Origin: an uncultured Beijerinckiaceae bacterium
Lineage (GTDB): Bacteria > Pseudomonadota > Alphaproteobacteria > Rhizobiales > Beijerinckiaceae
Assembly: GCA_964245015.1 (NCBI GenBank)
Contig: CAXTMA010000001.1
Location: forward strand, 383 to 64,382
Length of the DNA: 64,000 nt
Direction of reading: 5' to 3'
The number at the start of each line of letters is the position of its first letter. Position 1 is the first letter of the stretch. Shown one piece after another: positions 39,754 to 51,823 of the stretch. The notes beneath the pieces were generated by a model. That model was not told where the DNA came from. It was given only the letters and a program-made list of their open reading frames with translations, and made no database searches. A program made the position numbers and the translations under genes.

Positions 39754-41780
39754 GCGGCGACCTTGCGGCGCAGGCTGGTCAGGGCCTCCGTCCTGGTTGC
39801 GCGGTTTGCCCGATCGAGCTTGCCCACGACGTCGGCGGGGATCTCATATTCGACCCGATTGCGCCAGGCGAAGACGACGAAGGTGGCGAAGGCGCCGATG
39901 AGGCCGACGATGGCCAGCCACCAGATGTGCCAGATCATGGCGAAGCCGATCACCGTCGCGAAGAAGGCGCAGGTGAAGCCGGTCGGGTTGTTGAGCGGCA
40001 TCTCTATGTGCTCGTAATCCGGTTCGTCTCGCAGGCGGGCCTGCTCGCGGGCCCGATGCTTGATCGCCCAATAGGCTTCTTCGCCGTGCACCTGCGGCAG
40101 GACGGCGAAGTTGAACACCGGCGGCGGCGAGGAGGTCGCCCATTCCAGCGAACGGCCATCCCACGGGTCGCCGGTTTCGTCGCGCAGGGCCTCGCGGTCG
40201 CGGATCGACACCACGAGCTGGATGATCTGGCAGGCCACGCCGGCGGCGAGGATCAGCACGCCGAAGCCGGCGGCCAGCACCCAAGGGTGCCAAGCGGCGA
40301 TGTCGTAGTGCTGCAGGCGCCGCGTCATGCCGAGCAGACCCAGCACGTACATCGGCAGGAACACGCCCACGAGTCCGGCCACCGCGAACCCAACCGCCGC
40401 CTTGCCCCAGCCCTCGTGGAGCTTGAAGCCGAACGCCTTGGGGAACCAGTAGGAATAGCCGGCAAAGGCGGCGAAGATCACCGACGACACCATGACGTTG
40501 TGGAAGTGCGCCACCAGGAACAGCGAATTATGGAGAACGAAGTCCGCCGGGGGCACGGCGAGCAGCACGCCTGTGGCCCCGCCCACCACGAAGGTCATGA
40601 TGAAGCCCAGCGACCAAAGCATCGGCGTCGTGAAGCGGACGCGGCCGCCGTACATGGTGGCGAGCCAGTCGAACACCTTCACGCCGGTGGGCACGGCGAT
40701 GATCATGGATGTGATGCCGAAGATGCCGTTGACGTCGCCGCCGGCGCCCATGGTGAAGAAGTGGTGCAGCCAGACCATGAAGGCGAGCACGAAGATCGCC
40801 ATGGTGGCGGCCACCATCGACCGGTAGCCGAACAGCGGCTTGCCCGAGAAGGTCGAGATCACCTCGGAGAAGATGCCGTAGGAGGGCAGCGCCAGGATGT
40901 ACACCTCGGGATGGCCCCACGCCCAGGCGAGGTTCATGAACATCATCGAGTTGCCGCCCATCTCGTCGGTGAAGAAATGGAAGCCGAGGTAGCGGTCGAG
41001 CGTCAGCATTGCGAGAACGGCGGTGAGGATGGGGAAGGCGGCGACGATGAGCAGGTTGCCGGCAAGTGCCGTCCAGCAGAATATCGGCATGCGCAGGTAG
41101 CTCATTCCCGGCGCGCGCATCTTCAGGATGGTGGTGGTGAGATTGATGCCCGACATCAGCGTGCCGATACCGGAGATCTGCAGCGCGAAGAGGTAGTAGT
41201 CGACGCCGACACCGGGCGAGTACTTCAGCTCCGACAGCGGCGGATAGGGTAGCCAGCCGGTGCGTGAGAACTCGCCGATGACGAGCGACATGTTGCACAG
41301 CAGGGCACCGGTGGCGGTGAGCCAGAACGCCACCGAGTTGAGGGTGGGAAAGGCGACGTCGCGGACGCCGAGCTGCAGCGGCAGGACGAAGTTCATCAAC
41401 CCGATGATGAACGGCATCGCGCCGAAGAAGATCATGATTGTGCCGTGCGCCGAGAAGATCTGGTTGTAGTGCTCGGGCGGGAGATAGCCCGCCGCCTTGT
41501 AGGCGAATTCCTGCTGCGAGCGCATCAGCACGACGTCGGAGAAGCCGCGGATCAGCATCACCAGGCCGAGGATCGTGTACATCACCCCGATGCGCTTGTG
41601 GTCGACGGAGGTGATCCATTCGCGCCAGATGTAAGGGAAGTGCCCGGCGAACACGACCCAGCCGATCACGCCCGCTAAAATGAGCCCGACCACGCACGAG
41701 GCGACGAGGGGGATGGGCTGGTCCAACGGGATGGCGGCGAGGGTGAGCTTGCCGAGCACGGGCACGCCGAACAGGGTCAT
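39750..41780 (-). CDS. cyoB: cytochrome o ubiquinol oxidase subunit I
   Basis: Start at MTLFGVPVLGKLTL (ATG 41780) inside ORF 39750-42044. Haem-copper oxidase signatures: WITSVDHKRIGVMY, FSAHGTIMIFF, WAWGHPEVYIL, FVVGGATGVLLA, HNSLFLVAHFHNV. Confidence 0.95.
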   Translation of the reverse strand: MTLFGVPVLGKLTLAAIPLDQPIPLVASCVVGLILAGVIGWVVFAGHFPYIWREWITSVDHKRIGVMYTILGLVMLIRGFSDVVLMRSQQEFAYKAAGYLPPEHYNQIFSAHGTIMIFFGAMPFIIGLMNFVLPLQLGVRDVAFPTLNSVAFWLTATGALLCNMSLVIGEFSRTGWLPYPPLSELKYSPGVGVDYYLFALQISGIGTLMSGINLTTTILKMRAPGMSYLRMPIFCWTALAGNLLIVAAFPILTAVLAMLTLDRYLGFHFFTDEMGGNSMMFMNLAWAWGHPEVYILALPSYGIFSEVISTFSGKPLFGYRSMVAATMAIFVLAFMVWLHHFFTMGAGGDVNGIFGITSMIIAVPTGVKVFDWLATMYGGRVRFTTPMLWSLGFIMTFVVGGATGVLLAVPPADFVLHNSLFLVAHFHNVMVSSVIFAAFAGYSYWFPKAFGFKLHEGWGKAAVGFAVAGLVGVFLPMYVLGLLGMTRRLQHYDIAAWHPWVLAAGFGVLILAAGVACQIIQLVVSIRDREALRDETGDPWDGRSLEWATSSPPPVFNFAVLPQVHGEEAYWAIKHRAREQARLRDEPDYEHIEMPLNNPTGFTCAFFATVIGFAMIWHIWWLAIVGLIGAFATFVVFAWRNRVEYEIPADVVGKLDRANRATRTEALTSLRRKVAA

Positions 41781-41830
41781 GGGAGTCCTGTGGTGAAGGG
41801 GGAAGTGGTCGCGGCGGGATGCGGCACGGC

Positions 41831-42742
41831 TCAGCTGCCGCCCTTGGGCACGACATCGGGCTGACCGCTGGTGCTCTGCGCGGGGCCCGGTCCGGCCGGC
41901 ACCTTTTCGGACACGATCCGGGTGAACAGTTCGGGAGCGACGGACGAATAGGTCATCGGCGGCACGGCGGTGCTCTGCTTTTCGAGGTCGCCGTAGGTGG
42001 CGTCGTCCAGCGTCGGCCCCTTGGACTGCGCCGCCTTGATCCAATCGTCGAAGGCGCCGTCAGACACGGAGCGCACGGGGAACGTCATGTCGGAGAAGCC
42101 GTCGCCGCTGAAATGCGTGGACAGGCCGAAGTAGCTGCCCTCGTGATCGGCCATCAGGTTGAGCTGCGAGGCCATGCCCTTCATCGTGTAGATCTGGCTG
42201 CCGAGGCGAGGCACGAAGAAAGAGTTCCACACGCCCGAGGACGACAGGTTGAAATGCACGGGCGTGCCGGCCGGCATCACCAGCTGGTTGACCGAGGCGA
42301 CATGCTGCTCGGGGTAGATGAACAGCCATTTCCAGTCGAGCGACACCACCTGCACTTCCAGCGGCTTCTTGGCCGAGGCGATGGGAACCGCCGGATCGAG
42401 GTCGTGCGAGCCGACCCAGGCGATGCCGCCGAGGAAGATGATGGTGAGCAGCGGCACCGACCAGATCAGCAGCTCGACGCGGCCGGAATAGGCCCAATCC
42501 GGCCGGTAGGTCGCCTTGGCATTGCCTTGGCGGAACCACCAGGCCATCAGCGGCGTGGCGATGATGATCGGCCCGATGATCGCCAGCATGATGAAAGTGG
42601 CGTCGAGCAGGATGGTGCGTTCGGCCGCGCCGACCGGGCCGGCCGGATCGAGCAGGTTGCCCTCGCAGCCCGACAGGGCGAGAGCGGTGCCGATCAGGGC
42701 GCCGGTGCCGGTCAGACGGCCCGGCGCGAAACGGTCTGGCAC
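41831..42742 (-). CDS. cyoA: cytochrome o ubiquinol oxidase subunit II (lipoprotein)
   Basis: Lipobox GTALALSGCEG, LLDPAGPVG, two TM helices, cupredoxin-like domain (VVSLDWKWLFIYPEQ, NSFFVPRLGSQIYTM). Start set at GTG 42742; alternative ATG at 42886. Confidence 0.85.
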   Translation of the reverse strand: MPDRFAPGRLTGTGALIGTALALSGCEGNLLDPAGPVGAAERTILLDATFIMLAIIGPIIIATPLMAWWFRQGNAKATYRPDWAYSGRVELLIWSVPLLTIIFLGGIAWVGSHDLDPAVPIASAKKPLEVQVVSLDWKWLFIYPEQHVASVNQLVMPAGTPVHFNLSSSGVWNSFFVPRLGSQIYTMKGMASQLNLMADHEGSYFGLSTHFSGDGFSDMTFPVRSVSDGAFDDWIKAAQSKGPTLDDATYGDLEKQSTAVPPMTYSSVAPELFTRIVSEKVPAGPGPAQSTSGQPDVVPKGGS

Positions 42743-43300
42743 GATATGGCTCCGTGGGAAGCGGATCGCCCGCCGGAAGGACGCCCGGCGATGCAAGCGG
42801 ACAAAACGCCTCACGGGGCGGGAGTTCCGGCTGTTGAGCGCGGCATCGTGGGCTCCCTGTCGCAGCCCGGCTCGCCGACGGAACATCGCTGCGGGCTGAT
42901 CGAGATCCGATGGCGCTGACCTTTCAAGCGGGCTCCCCCTTTCGTCAAGTCGCGCGACGCCGCATGCGCCACCAGAAAGCGCTCCAGGCCGGCGACGGGA
43001 GAACTGCTTCAGCGTTCGAAACGGAGATGGCCACCGCTGTCGGCCAGTAGTGGGTGCACATCTGTCGGCGCGGCAGCGCCTTGACTGGCGCATGAACGAC
43101 GGGCGTTCCCGCGCCCGATACGCGACCGCCGCCTCCGTCCCACGGGACGATCCCCGTTCTGCCGCGCTTCAGGGCGCCTGCCTTGCGGACATGCGTGATT
43201 CGCAGCCGTGGAATGCGCGTTCGTGACCCTGCGCGCGCTCGGCAACCATGAGGGCGATGCCTTGTTAAAACGGCTCTGTTCGCTCAATGGAAGATGCCTG

Positions 43301-43810
43301 ATGACCGATGACGTCCGACCATCGGGAGCGCCGCTGCAGCTGCATCTCGACATCAACGGTCGCGCCTGCGCGCTCGCCGTCGACAGCCGCACGACCCTTC
43401 TCGACGCCCTGCGCGAGCACCTCGGCCTGACCGGGACCAAGGTTGGCTGCAACCACGGCACCTGCGGGGCCTGCACCGTGCACGTCGACGGGCGCCGTCA
43501 GCTCAGCTGCCTGATGCTCGCCGCCATGGCGGAGGGCCGCCAGATCACCACGATCGAGGGCCTCGCCGCCAGCGACGGCACGCCGCATCCGATGCAGGCC
43601 GCCTTCGTCGCCCACGATGCGCTGCAGTGCGGCTACTGCACGCCGGGGCAGATCATGTCCGCGGTGGCCTGCGTCGCCGAAGGGCACGCCCGTAGCGACG
43701 ACGAGATCCGCGAATTCATGAGCGGCAACCTGTGTCGCTGCGGCGCTTATCCCAACATCGTGTCGGCGATCCGCGAGGTCGCCGGATCAGCCGCCGGCGG
43801 GAGGGCCTGA
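43301..43810 (+). CDS. (2Fe-2S)-binding small subunit of a xanthine dehydrogenase-family molybdenum hydroxylase
   Basis: Start at MTDDVRPSG. Cys clusters CNHGTCGACTV and CGYCTPG...CRCGAY. Confidence 0.9.
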   Translation: MTDDVRPSGAPLQLHLDINGRACALAVDSRTTLLDALREHLGLTGTKVGCNHGTCGACTVHVDGRRQLSCLMLAAMAEGRQITTIEGLAASDGTPHPMQAAFVAHDALQCGYCTPGQIMSAVACVAEGHARSDDEIREFMSGNLCRCGAYPNIVSAIREVAGSAAGGRA

Positions 43811-43811
43811 G

Positions 43812-44795
43812 ATGCAGCCCTTCACCTACCATCGCGCCACCTCCATGGACGACGCCCTTCGCGAGGCGGCGTTGCCCGGCGCGGCCATCCTCGCCGGCGG
43901 CACGACCATGGTCGACCTTTTGCGCGGCGACCTGTGGTCGCCGTCCCGCCTCGTCGACATCGGCCGCCTCGACGAACTCGCCGCCTTCGACACCAGTGGC
44001 CCGGTGCTGCGCTTCGGTGCCCTCGCCAAGATGGCCGATGTGGCCGAGGATGCGACGCTGAAGGCGAACTATCCCGCGCTGGTGGAAAGCCTGCAGCTGG
44101 CCGCCTCGCAGCAGCTGCGTATTGCCGCGAGCGTCGGCGGCAACATCCTGCAGCGCACGCGCTGCCCGTACTTCCGCGACGGCACCTCGCCCTGCAACAA
44201 GCGCCGGGTTGGCAGCGGCTGCGCGGCGATCAACGGCGACACCCGCGACATGGCCCTGTTCGGCGCCTCCGACCGATGCATCGCCACCTATCCCGGCGAC
44301 TGGGGCACGACGCTGGCCGCCTTCGACACCACCGTCGAGATCGCTTCGGCGGCGGGCCGGCGCACCATCCCCTTCGCCGAGCTGCACCGGCCCTACGGCG
44401 AGGATCCGGCCCTTGAAACGACGCTGCGACCGGGCGAGATCATCACCGCCATCCTCGTCCAGGCGACGTCGGCCGGGCGGCACTCGACCTATCTCAAGGT
44501 GCGCGACCGCCGGTCCTACGCCTACGCCGTCGTCTCCGCCGCCGTGGCCTTGGCGATGGACGGCGATACCGTCACCGAGGCGCGGGTCGCGCTCGGGGGC
44601 GTCGCCAGCAAGCCTTGGCGCGCCGCAGCCGCCGGCGATGTCCTGACGGGGCGGACGCTGACCCGCGACCTCGCCTTCGCCGCCGGCACCGCAGCCTTCG
44701 CCGACGCGCAGCCGCGCGGCGACAATGCCTTCAAGATCGAACTCGGCCGCAACGCGGTCGCCAAGGCGGTGCTCGTCGCCGCAGGGAGACACTAA
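43812..44795 (+). CDS. FAD-binding medium subunit (CO dehydrogenase flavoprotein-like) of the molybdenum hydroxylase
   Basis: 327 aa. ILAGGTTMVDLL, the CPYFRDGTSPCNKR Cys cluster, and a FAD-binding-5-like pattern. Stop overlaps the next start (TAATG). Confidence 0.85.
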   Translation: MQPFTYHRATSMDDALREAALPGAAILAGGTTMVDLLRGDLWSPSRLVDIGRLDELAAFDTSGPVLRFGALAKMADVAEDATLKANYPALVESLQLAASQQLRIAASVGGNILQRTRCPYFRDGTSPCNKRRVGSGCAAINGDTRDMALFGASDRCIATYPGDWGTTLAAFDTTVEIASAAGRRTIPFAELHRPYGEDPALETTLRPGEIITAILVQATSAGRHSTYLKVRDRRSYAYAVVSAAVALAMDGDTVTEARVALGGVASKPWRAAAAGDVLTGRTLTRDLAFAAGTAAFADAQPRGDNAFKIELGRNAVAKAVLVAAGRH

Positions 44796-47077
44796 TGCCC
44801 GCAACCTCGGCATCCATCCAGGCCACCGGCGCGGTGCGCCGAGACGCCGCGCTCAAGGCGGCCGGCACCGCCCGCTACGCCGCCGACTTCCCGCACGCCG
44901 GCACGGCCTATGCCGCCCTGGTGCGATCCACCACCGCCAGGGGCGCGATCACCTCGATCGACACGGCGGCGGCCGAAGCCGTGCCCGGCGTCGCCCTCGT
45001 GCTCACCCACCGCAGCTTCAACCGCGGCGCTTTCGAGCACGGCATGGGGGACGAGACGTTCGCGATGAAGGGTGGCCACATGCAGTCTTCCTTCATGCCG
45101 CTGTCGTCCGACGCCGTGCATTATTCCGGGCAGATCGTCGGGCTGGTGCTCGCGGACACGCTGGAAGCCGCCGAGGAGGCTGCGGCCGGCGTGAAGGTCG
45201 GCTACGCCGCGGAAGCGGCCTCGGCCGACATGGACAAGCCGCGCACCGCCCCGGAAGTGAACGAGAAGGCCTCGCTGAAGAAGGGTGACGCCGATGCTGC
45301 CCTCGCCGCGGCGCCGGTGAAAATCGACCTGCGCTACGATACGCCGGCGCAGCACCACAACCCGATCGAACTCTACGCCACCACGGCCGCTTGGTCGGAC
45401 GACAGGCTCACCGTGAACGTGCCGAGCCAGTGGGTCGTCGGCACCCAGGCCGGCCTCGCCAAGATCTTCGGCATACCGATGGCGAACGTCCATGTGGAAT
45501 GCCCCTACGTCGGCGGCGGCTTCGGCTCCAAGGCGACCATCCTGCCCCATGTCGTGCTGATCGCCGAAGCCGCGCGCCGGCTCGGCCGCCCGGTGAAGCT
45601 CTACGTCCCGCGCGACGCGATGTGGACGGTTGGCTCGTTCCGCCCGGCGACCCGCGCCAGGGTTGCCCTGGGGGCCGAGCGCGACGGCACGCTCACAGCC
45701 ATCATCTTCGAGGAAACCGGGCAAAGCTCGGCCATCGACCACGTCGCCTTTCCCGGCTCGACGGCGATCTCGCGCATGTACGATTCCACCACGCTGCGCA
45801 CCAGGCAGGGCACGGTGGCGACCGACGTCAACACGCCCGGCTTCCAGCGCGCTCCGGCCGAAGCCTCCTCGTTCTTCGGTTTCGAAAGCGCGATGGACGA
45901 GCTTGCCGAGGCGCTCGACATGGACCCGATCGCCTTGCGCCTGAAGAACGAGCCGGCGGTGGACCCGATGAAGGGCGTGCCCTGGTCGAGCCGCTCGCTG
46001 GTGCAGTGCTTCGAGCGCGGCGCCGAGCTGTTCGGCTGGAACAACCGCAAGGCGACGCCGGGCTCCACGACCTTGCCCGACGGCACGCTCGTCGGCTACG
46101 GCTGCGCCACGGCGACCTATCCGTCGGCGATGGCACCCGCGGCCGCACGCGTCACCTTGAAGGGGAACGGGTCGCTGCTGGTCGAAACAGCGGCGCATGA
46201 CCTCGGTACCGGCGCCTATACCGTGCTCGGCAGCATCGCCGGCGTCGTGCTCGGTGTCCCCGAGGCATCGATCACCGTGAAGCTCGGCGACACCATCCTG
46301 CCGTCGGGTCCGATGGCGGGGGGCTCGATCACCACCGGCTCGGCAGGTTCGGCGATCCACAAGGCGGCGGTCGCTCTGCGTGACCGTCTGGCGACGGCGG
46401 CGACGGCCGGCGAGGGCACGCCCTTCGCCGGGATCGTGCCTTCGACCCTGGCGTTCGCCGACGGCAGGATCATGGCGCCCGGTGGTCAGGCCCATGCGCT
46501 CGCCGACGTGCTGGCGGGGCTGGGCTGGCCCGAAGTGGCCGAACTGGCGGAATGGAAGCCGCGCTCCATGGACGAGAAGAAGGCGAGGGGCGGCCTCGAC
46601 GGCAGCATGGCGATGGCCGGGCCGATCTCGGACGTGTCGAGCTTCTCCTTCGGGGCGCAGTTCGCCGAGGTGCACGTCGATCCCATCCTGCGCACGATCC
46701 GCATCGCGCGCATGGTTGGCGTCTTCGCCTGCGGCAAGATCATCAACGAGCGCACGGCCCATTCCAACCTTGCCGGCGGCATGGTGTGGGGCGCCGGCTT
46801 CGCCCTGCTGGAGCAGAGCAAGGTCGATGGTCCGCAGGCCAAGTTCGCCAATGCCGACCTCGCGGGCTACCACATCGCCACGTCGGCCGACATCGGCGAG
46901 GTGATCGTGGAAACGATCGACGAGACGGATACGGCGGTCAACCTGATCGGGGTCAAGGCGGTCGGCGAGATCGGCATCGTCGGCATGCCGGCGGCCATCG
47001 CCAACGCGGTCTACAACGCGACCGGCATTCGCGTCCGCAAGACGCCGATCCTTGTCGAGGACCTGCTGCAGCGGTAG
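44795..47077 (+). CDS. molybdopterin-binding large subunit of the xanthine dehydrogenase-family hydroxylase (aldehyde oxidoreductase-like)
   Basis: 760 aa from MPATSASIQATG. GTARYAADF, VGGGFGSK, and GVKAVGEIGIVGMPAAIANAVYNATGIRVRKTPI at the C-terminus. Confidence 0.9.
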   Translation: MPATSASIQATGAVRRDAALKAAGTARYAADFPHAGTAYAALVRSTTARGAITSIDTAAAEAVPGVALVLTHRSFNRGAFEHGMGDETFAMKGGHMQSSFMPLSSDAVHYSGQIVGLVLADTLEAAEEAAAGVKVGYAAEAASADMDKPRTAPEVNEKASLKKGDADAALAAAPVKIDLRYDTPAQHHNPIELYATTAAWSDDRLTVNVPSQWVVGTQAGLAKIFGIPMANVHVECPYVGGGFGSKATILPHVVLIAEAARRLGRPVKLYVPRDAMWTVGSFRPATRARVALGAERDGTLTAIIFEETGQSSAIDHVAFPGSTAISRMYDSTTLRTRQGTVATDVNTPGFQRAPAEASSFFGFESAMDELAEALDMDPIALRLKNEPAVDPMKGVPWSSRSLVQCFERGAELFGWNNRKATPGSTTLPDGTLVGYGCATATYPSAMAPAAARVTLKGNGSLLVETAAHDLGTGAYTVLGSIAGVVLGVPEASITVKLGDTILPSGPMAGGSITTGSAGSAIHKAAVALRDRLATAATAGEGTPFAGIVPSTLAFADGRIMAPGGQAHALADVLAGLGWPEVAELAEWKPRSMDEKKARGGLDGSMAMAGPISDVSSFSFGAQFAEVHVDPILRTIRIARMVGVFACGKIINERTAHSNLAGGMVWGAGFALLEQSKVDGPQAKFANADLAGYHIATSADIGEVIVETIDETDTAVNLIGVKAVGEIGIVGMPAAIANAVYNATGIRVRKTPILVEDLLQR

Positions 47078-47158
47078 GCGTCGGCTCCGCCGCCTGCCGG
47101 TCGGCGGCAGGGGCGCGGGTCGTTTGGGCAAGTCGCGGGCAAGCTTTCGCGGGCCTGC

Positions 47159-47323
47159 TCAGATGCGGCCGTGTCCGAAAACCAGGTAGAGGACCAGCAG
47201 CAGGATCAGCAGGCCGCCGATGCCGCCGAGCCCGCCCAGGCCGAAGCCGCCGCTGGAATAGCCGTAATACCCGCCGCCGCCGAACAGCAGCACCACGATC
47301 AGGATGATGACAAGGAGCGACAT
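47159..47323 (-). CDS. small hydrophobic Gly-rich membrane protein (DUF3309-like), not in the ORF track
   Basis: My translation: MSLLVIILIVVLLFGGGGYYGYSSGGFGLGGLGGIGGLLILLLVLYLVFGHGRI (54 aa). Two hydrophobic helices around a Gly/Tyr loop. GAGG lies 8 nt upstream of the ATG. Confidence 0.55.
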   Translation of the reverse strand: MSLLVIILIVVLLFGGGGYYGYSSGGFGLGGLGGIGGLLILLLVLYLVFGHGRI

Positions 47324-47499
47324 GGTGCCTCGGTCGGAGCTGTTCGTCGTGCGAGAGGGATGACGAAGTGAGTCTATGGGAGGCGGCCGGCGGTTGGCTG
47401 CCTAGACGTTGGACCAGCCGCGACGAGGTGTGGCTGTCGTTGGGGTGGCTGTTCCTGGGAGGATCGCTTGCAAGATCCGTTCGCCTTTGCGTCGCGGCT

Positions 47500-47787
47500 T
47501 CAAGACACCGCCGCGATCTTGTCGGCCATCGACTGCGCCTTGTCCCGACGGGTCGAGAAGATCAGCGTGAAGAACGTGCGCTGGACACCCATCTCCGCGA
47601 GCTTGGCCTCGCAGCGCTCGGCGAGGCGGCAGATGTCGTTCAACTCGCCTTCGATGTTGGTGCCGTTGGGATGCATGACGGCGGTAAGGCCGCTTGCCTC
47701 GATGATCGCCTTGAGTTCGCGGACGTAGGGCGACACCGACGGTCCGACGCCCATCGGCACGATGCATAGATCGGCGGCAACCTTCAT
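47500..47787 (-). CDS. MTH1187/YkoF-family thiamine-binding-like protein
   Basis: 95 aa from MKVAADLCIVPMGVGPSVSPYVRELKAIIEASGLTAVMHPNGTNIEGELNDICRL...TFFTLIFSTRRDK. Family pattern recognised by eye. The longer track ORF (to 48354) is not supported. Confidence 0.7.
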   Translation of the reverse strand: MKVAADLCIVPMGVGPSVSPYVRELKAIIEASGLTAVMHPNGTNIEGELNDICRLAERCEAKLAEMGVQRTFFTLIFSTRRDKAQSMADKIAAVS

Positions 47788-48304
47788 GGATCTGCCCTCG
47801 ATGGGATATGGTTGAAACGATTTCCAGCAAATGAGGCCGGCCGCACGACCTTGGCAACCGCCGTTCGATCGATCGGCAGCTCGCCCGATGAGGTCGCCAA
47901 CCTCCGCGGGCCTCGGCCTGTTCTTCGCGCCACCACATGCAAAGTCGCGGGATGGCGAGGGACAGGGCCCTCGCAGCCCTTTCGGAAACAAGAGCCCGAA
48001 CTCGCGCGATGCAGCCGGCATAGCGGAGGTGAAACACGATACGCGCGGCCGCCGCGATTCCACGCTGATTTGTGACCCGTGGCGAGCGCAACGACCCGCT
48101 CGGCGCAATCCGCGAGCGCCGGGCGCGGTCCAAGACGTCGCCGCGTGTACGGCGCCGAGACGCCCCGCGTCGCTGGTGGCGCCGTCGATGAGGATGTCGT
48201 CCGCTGCCATGCCTTTCGCCCCGGGCTTCAGCAAGCCTTCGATCATCGCCGGAGGCGGGCGCCGCCCGTCGCGGCGGATGCCCGCTTCCGCCGGCCGGGC
48301 CGGC

Positions 48305-49201
48305 TTACACAGCCGCCACGTCCGCGAAGCCGCGAAGCCGGGCCGCGATGACATCGCCCACCGCCTCGGTTGCCGCGCGCCGCGCGAACTGCGCGCGCGA
48401 GGCGATCCGCACGGTTCGTCCCGCCCGCGCCGCCAACGGACGCAGCGTGAGCCCGGTATCCTGCGCCGCGCCGGCGGCGAGTCCGGGAACCAGCGTCGTC
48501 CCGTAGCCGGCGGCCACCATGTTCAGCAGCGTCGTGAGGCTCGCGGCTCGCATGGCGCCGCCCAGGGCACCGCTCGCGCCGCAGGCGGTCAGCGCCTGAT
48601 CGCGCAGGCAGTGCCCATCGGCAAGGACAAGAATGTCGCGCGCCAGATCCGCCTCGTCGACGGCCGCGCGGTTGGCCAGCGGGTGCTCGGGCGGCAGGGC
48701 CGCGAGGAACGGCTCGACGAAGAGCGCCCGGCTCGTCAGGTCCGCCCCATCCGGCTCTGTCGCCAGCAGAACGGCATCGAGTTCGTGGGCCCGCAAGCGC
48801 TCCAGCAGTGCCGGGGTCAGATCCTCCCACGGCTCGACCTCAAGCGCCGGCAGCGCCTGGCGGATGGGGTCGAAGATCAGGGGAAGGAGGTAGGGTGCCA
48901 ACGTCGGGATCATGCCGAGCCGAAAACGGCCGGCCAGCGGGTCACCGAGGTTGCGCGCCACGGCGAGCATCGCATCCGTTTCCGCGACCGCGACGCGGGC
49001 ATGGCCGATCAGCCGCTCGCAAGCGGCTGTCCGCATAGCCCCCTTGCTTGTGCGTTCGAACAGCGTGACGCCAAGCGCTTCCTCCAGCTTGCGGACCTGG
49101 ACGGACAAGGTCGGCTGGCTGATGCCGCAGGCGCTTGCCGCCCGCCCGAAATTCTCGTGCTGCGCCAAGGCGAGGAGATAGCGTAGATCCTGGACGTTCA
49201 C
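48305..49201 (-). CDS. oxyR: LysR-type hydrogen peroxide sensor OxyR
   Basis: 298 aa. MNVQDLRYLLALAQHENFGRAASACGISQPTLSVQVRKLEE. Redox Cys pair context GHCLRDQALTACG. Divergent from katG. Confidence 0.85.
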   Translation of the reverse strand: MNVQDLRYLLALAQHENFGRAASACGISQPTLSVQVRKLEEALGVTLFERTSKGAMRTAACERLIGHARVAVAETDAMLAVARNLGDPLAGRFRLGMIPTLAPYLLPLIFDPIRQALPALEVEPWEDLTPALLERLRAHELDAVLLATEPDGADLTSRALFVEPFLAALPPEHPLANRAAVDEADLARDILVLADGHCLRDQALTACGASGALGGAMRAASLTTLLNMVAAGYGTTLVPGLAAGAAQDTGLTLRPLAARAGRTVRIASRAQFARRAATEAVGDVIAARLRGFADVAAV

Positions 49202-49222
49202 GACGCCGGCTGATTTCTGCTC

Positions 49223-49237
49223 ATAGGCGATGCCTAT
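49223..49237. promoter_or_regulatory. ATAG-N7-CTAT palindrome (ATAGGCGATGCCTAT), candidate OxyR half-operator in the oxyR-katG intergenic region
   Basis: Perfect inverted repeat 22 bp from the oxyR start codon. A weaker ATCG element follows after another 7 nt. Confidence 0.4.
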
Positions 49238-49317
49238 AGCATCGATCGAATGGAAGGGCTTTTCCTTTTGCTTCGAAAATGGCTATGATCTTGCCGATGG
49301 CAGGCGCGGCAGCATAG

Positions 49318-51708
<2,391 letters not shown>

Positions 51709-51721
51709 TCGCGGCGACATG

Positions 51722-51749
51722 GCGCCCGGATGCGGTTGCGTCCGGGCGC
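51722..51749 (+). terminator. 9-bp perfect hairpin GCGCCCGGA-N10-TCCGGGCGC after katG
   Basis: Starts 14 nt after the katG stop. No U-tract. Confidence 0.35.
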
Positions 51750-51823
51750 GCTTCGACAAGGCTGGTCGCCGGTGTGGAATGGGTGCTGCCGAGGTTGGTC
51801 GCAGTCGGCGCCTCGGCCGCGCA

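Noticed and set aside
44792-47131. A 779-aa ORF antisense to the molybdopterin subunit gene. Similar long antisense or out-of-frame ORFs occur elsewhere, for example 337-1410, 1694-3070, 3476-5086, 8737-10281, 10691-12022, 49426-51759 and 55719-57533.
   Set aside because: These are shadow ORFs typical of high-GC DNA. Their translations are Arg/Gly/Ala/Pro-rich and lack motifs. In each case the opposite strand encodes a protein with clear family signatures.
47788-48304. A TPP (THI-box) riboswitch upstream of the YkoF/MTH1187-like thiamine-binding gene.
   Set aside because: I read the minus-strand leader and found neither the CTGAGA element nor the ACCTGATCTGGATAATGCCAGCG-like core. Only generic GC hairpins are present.
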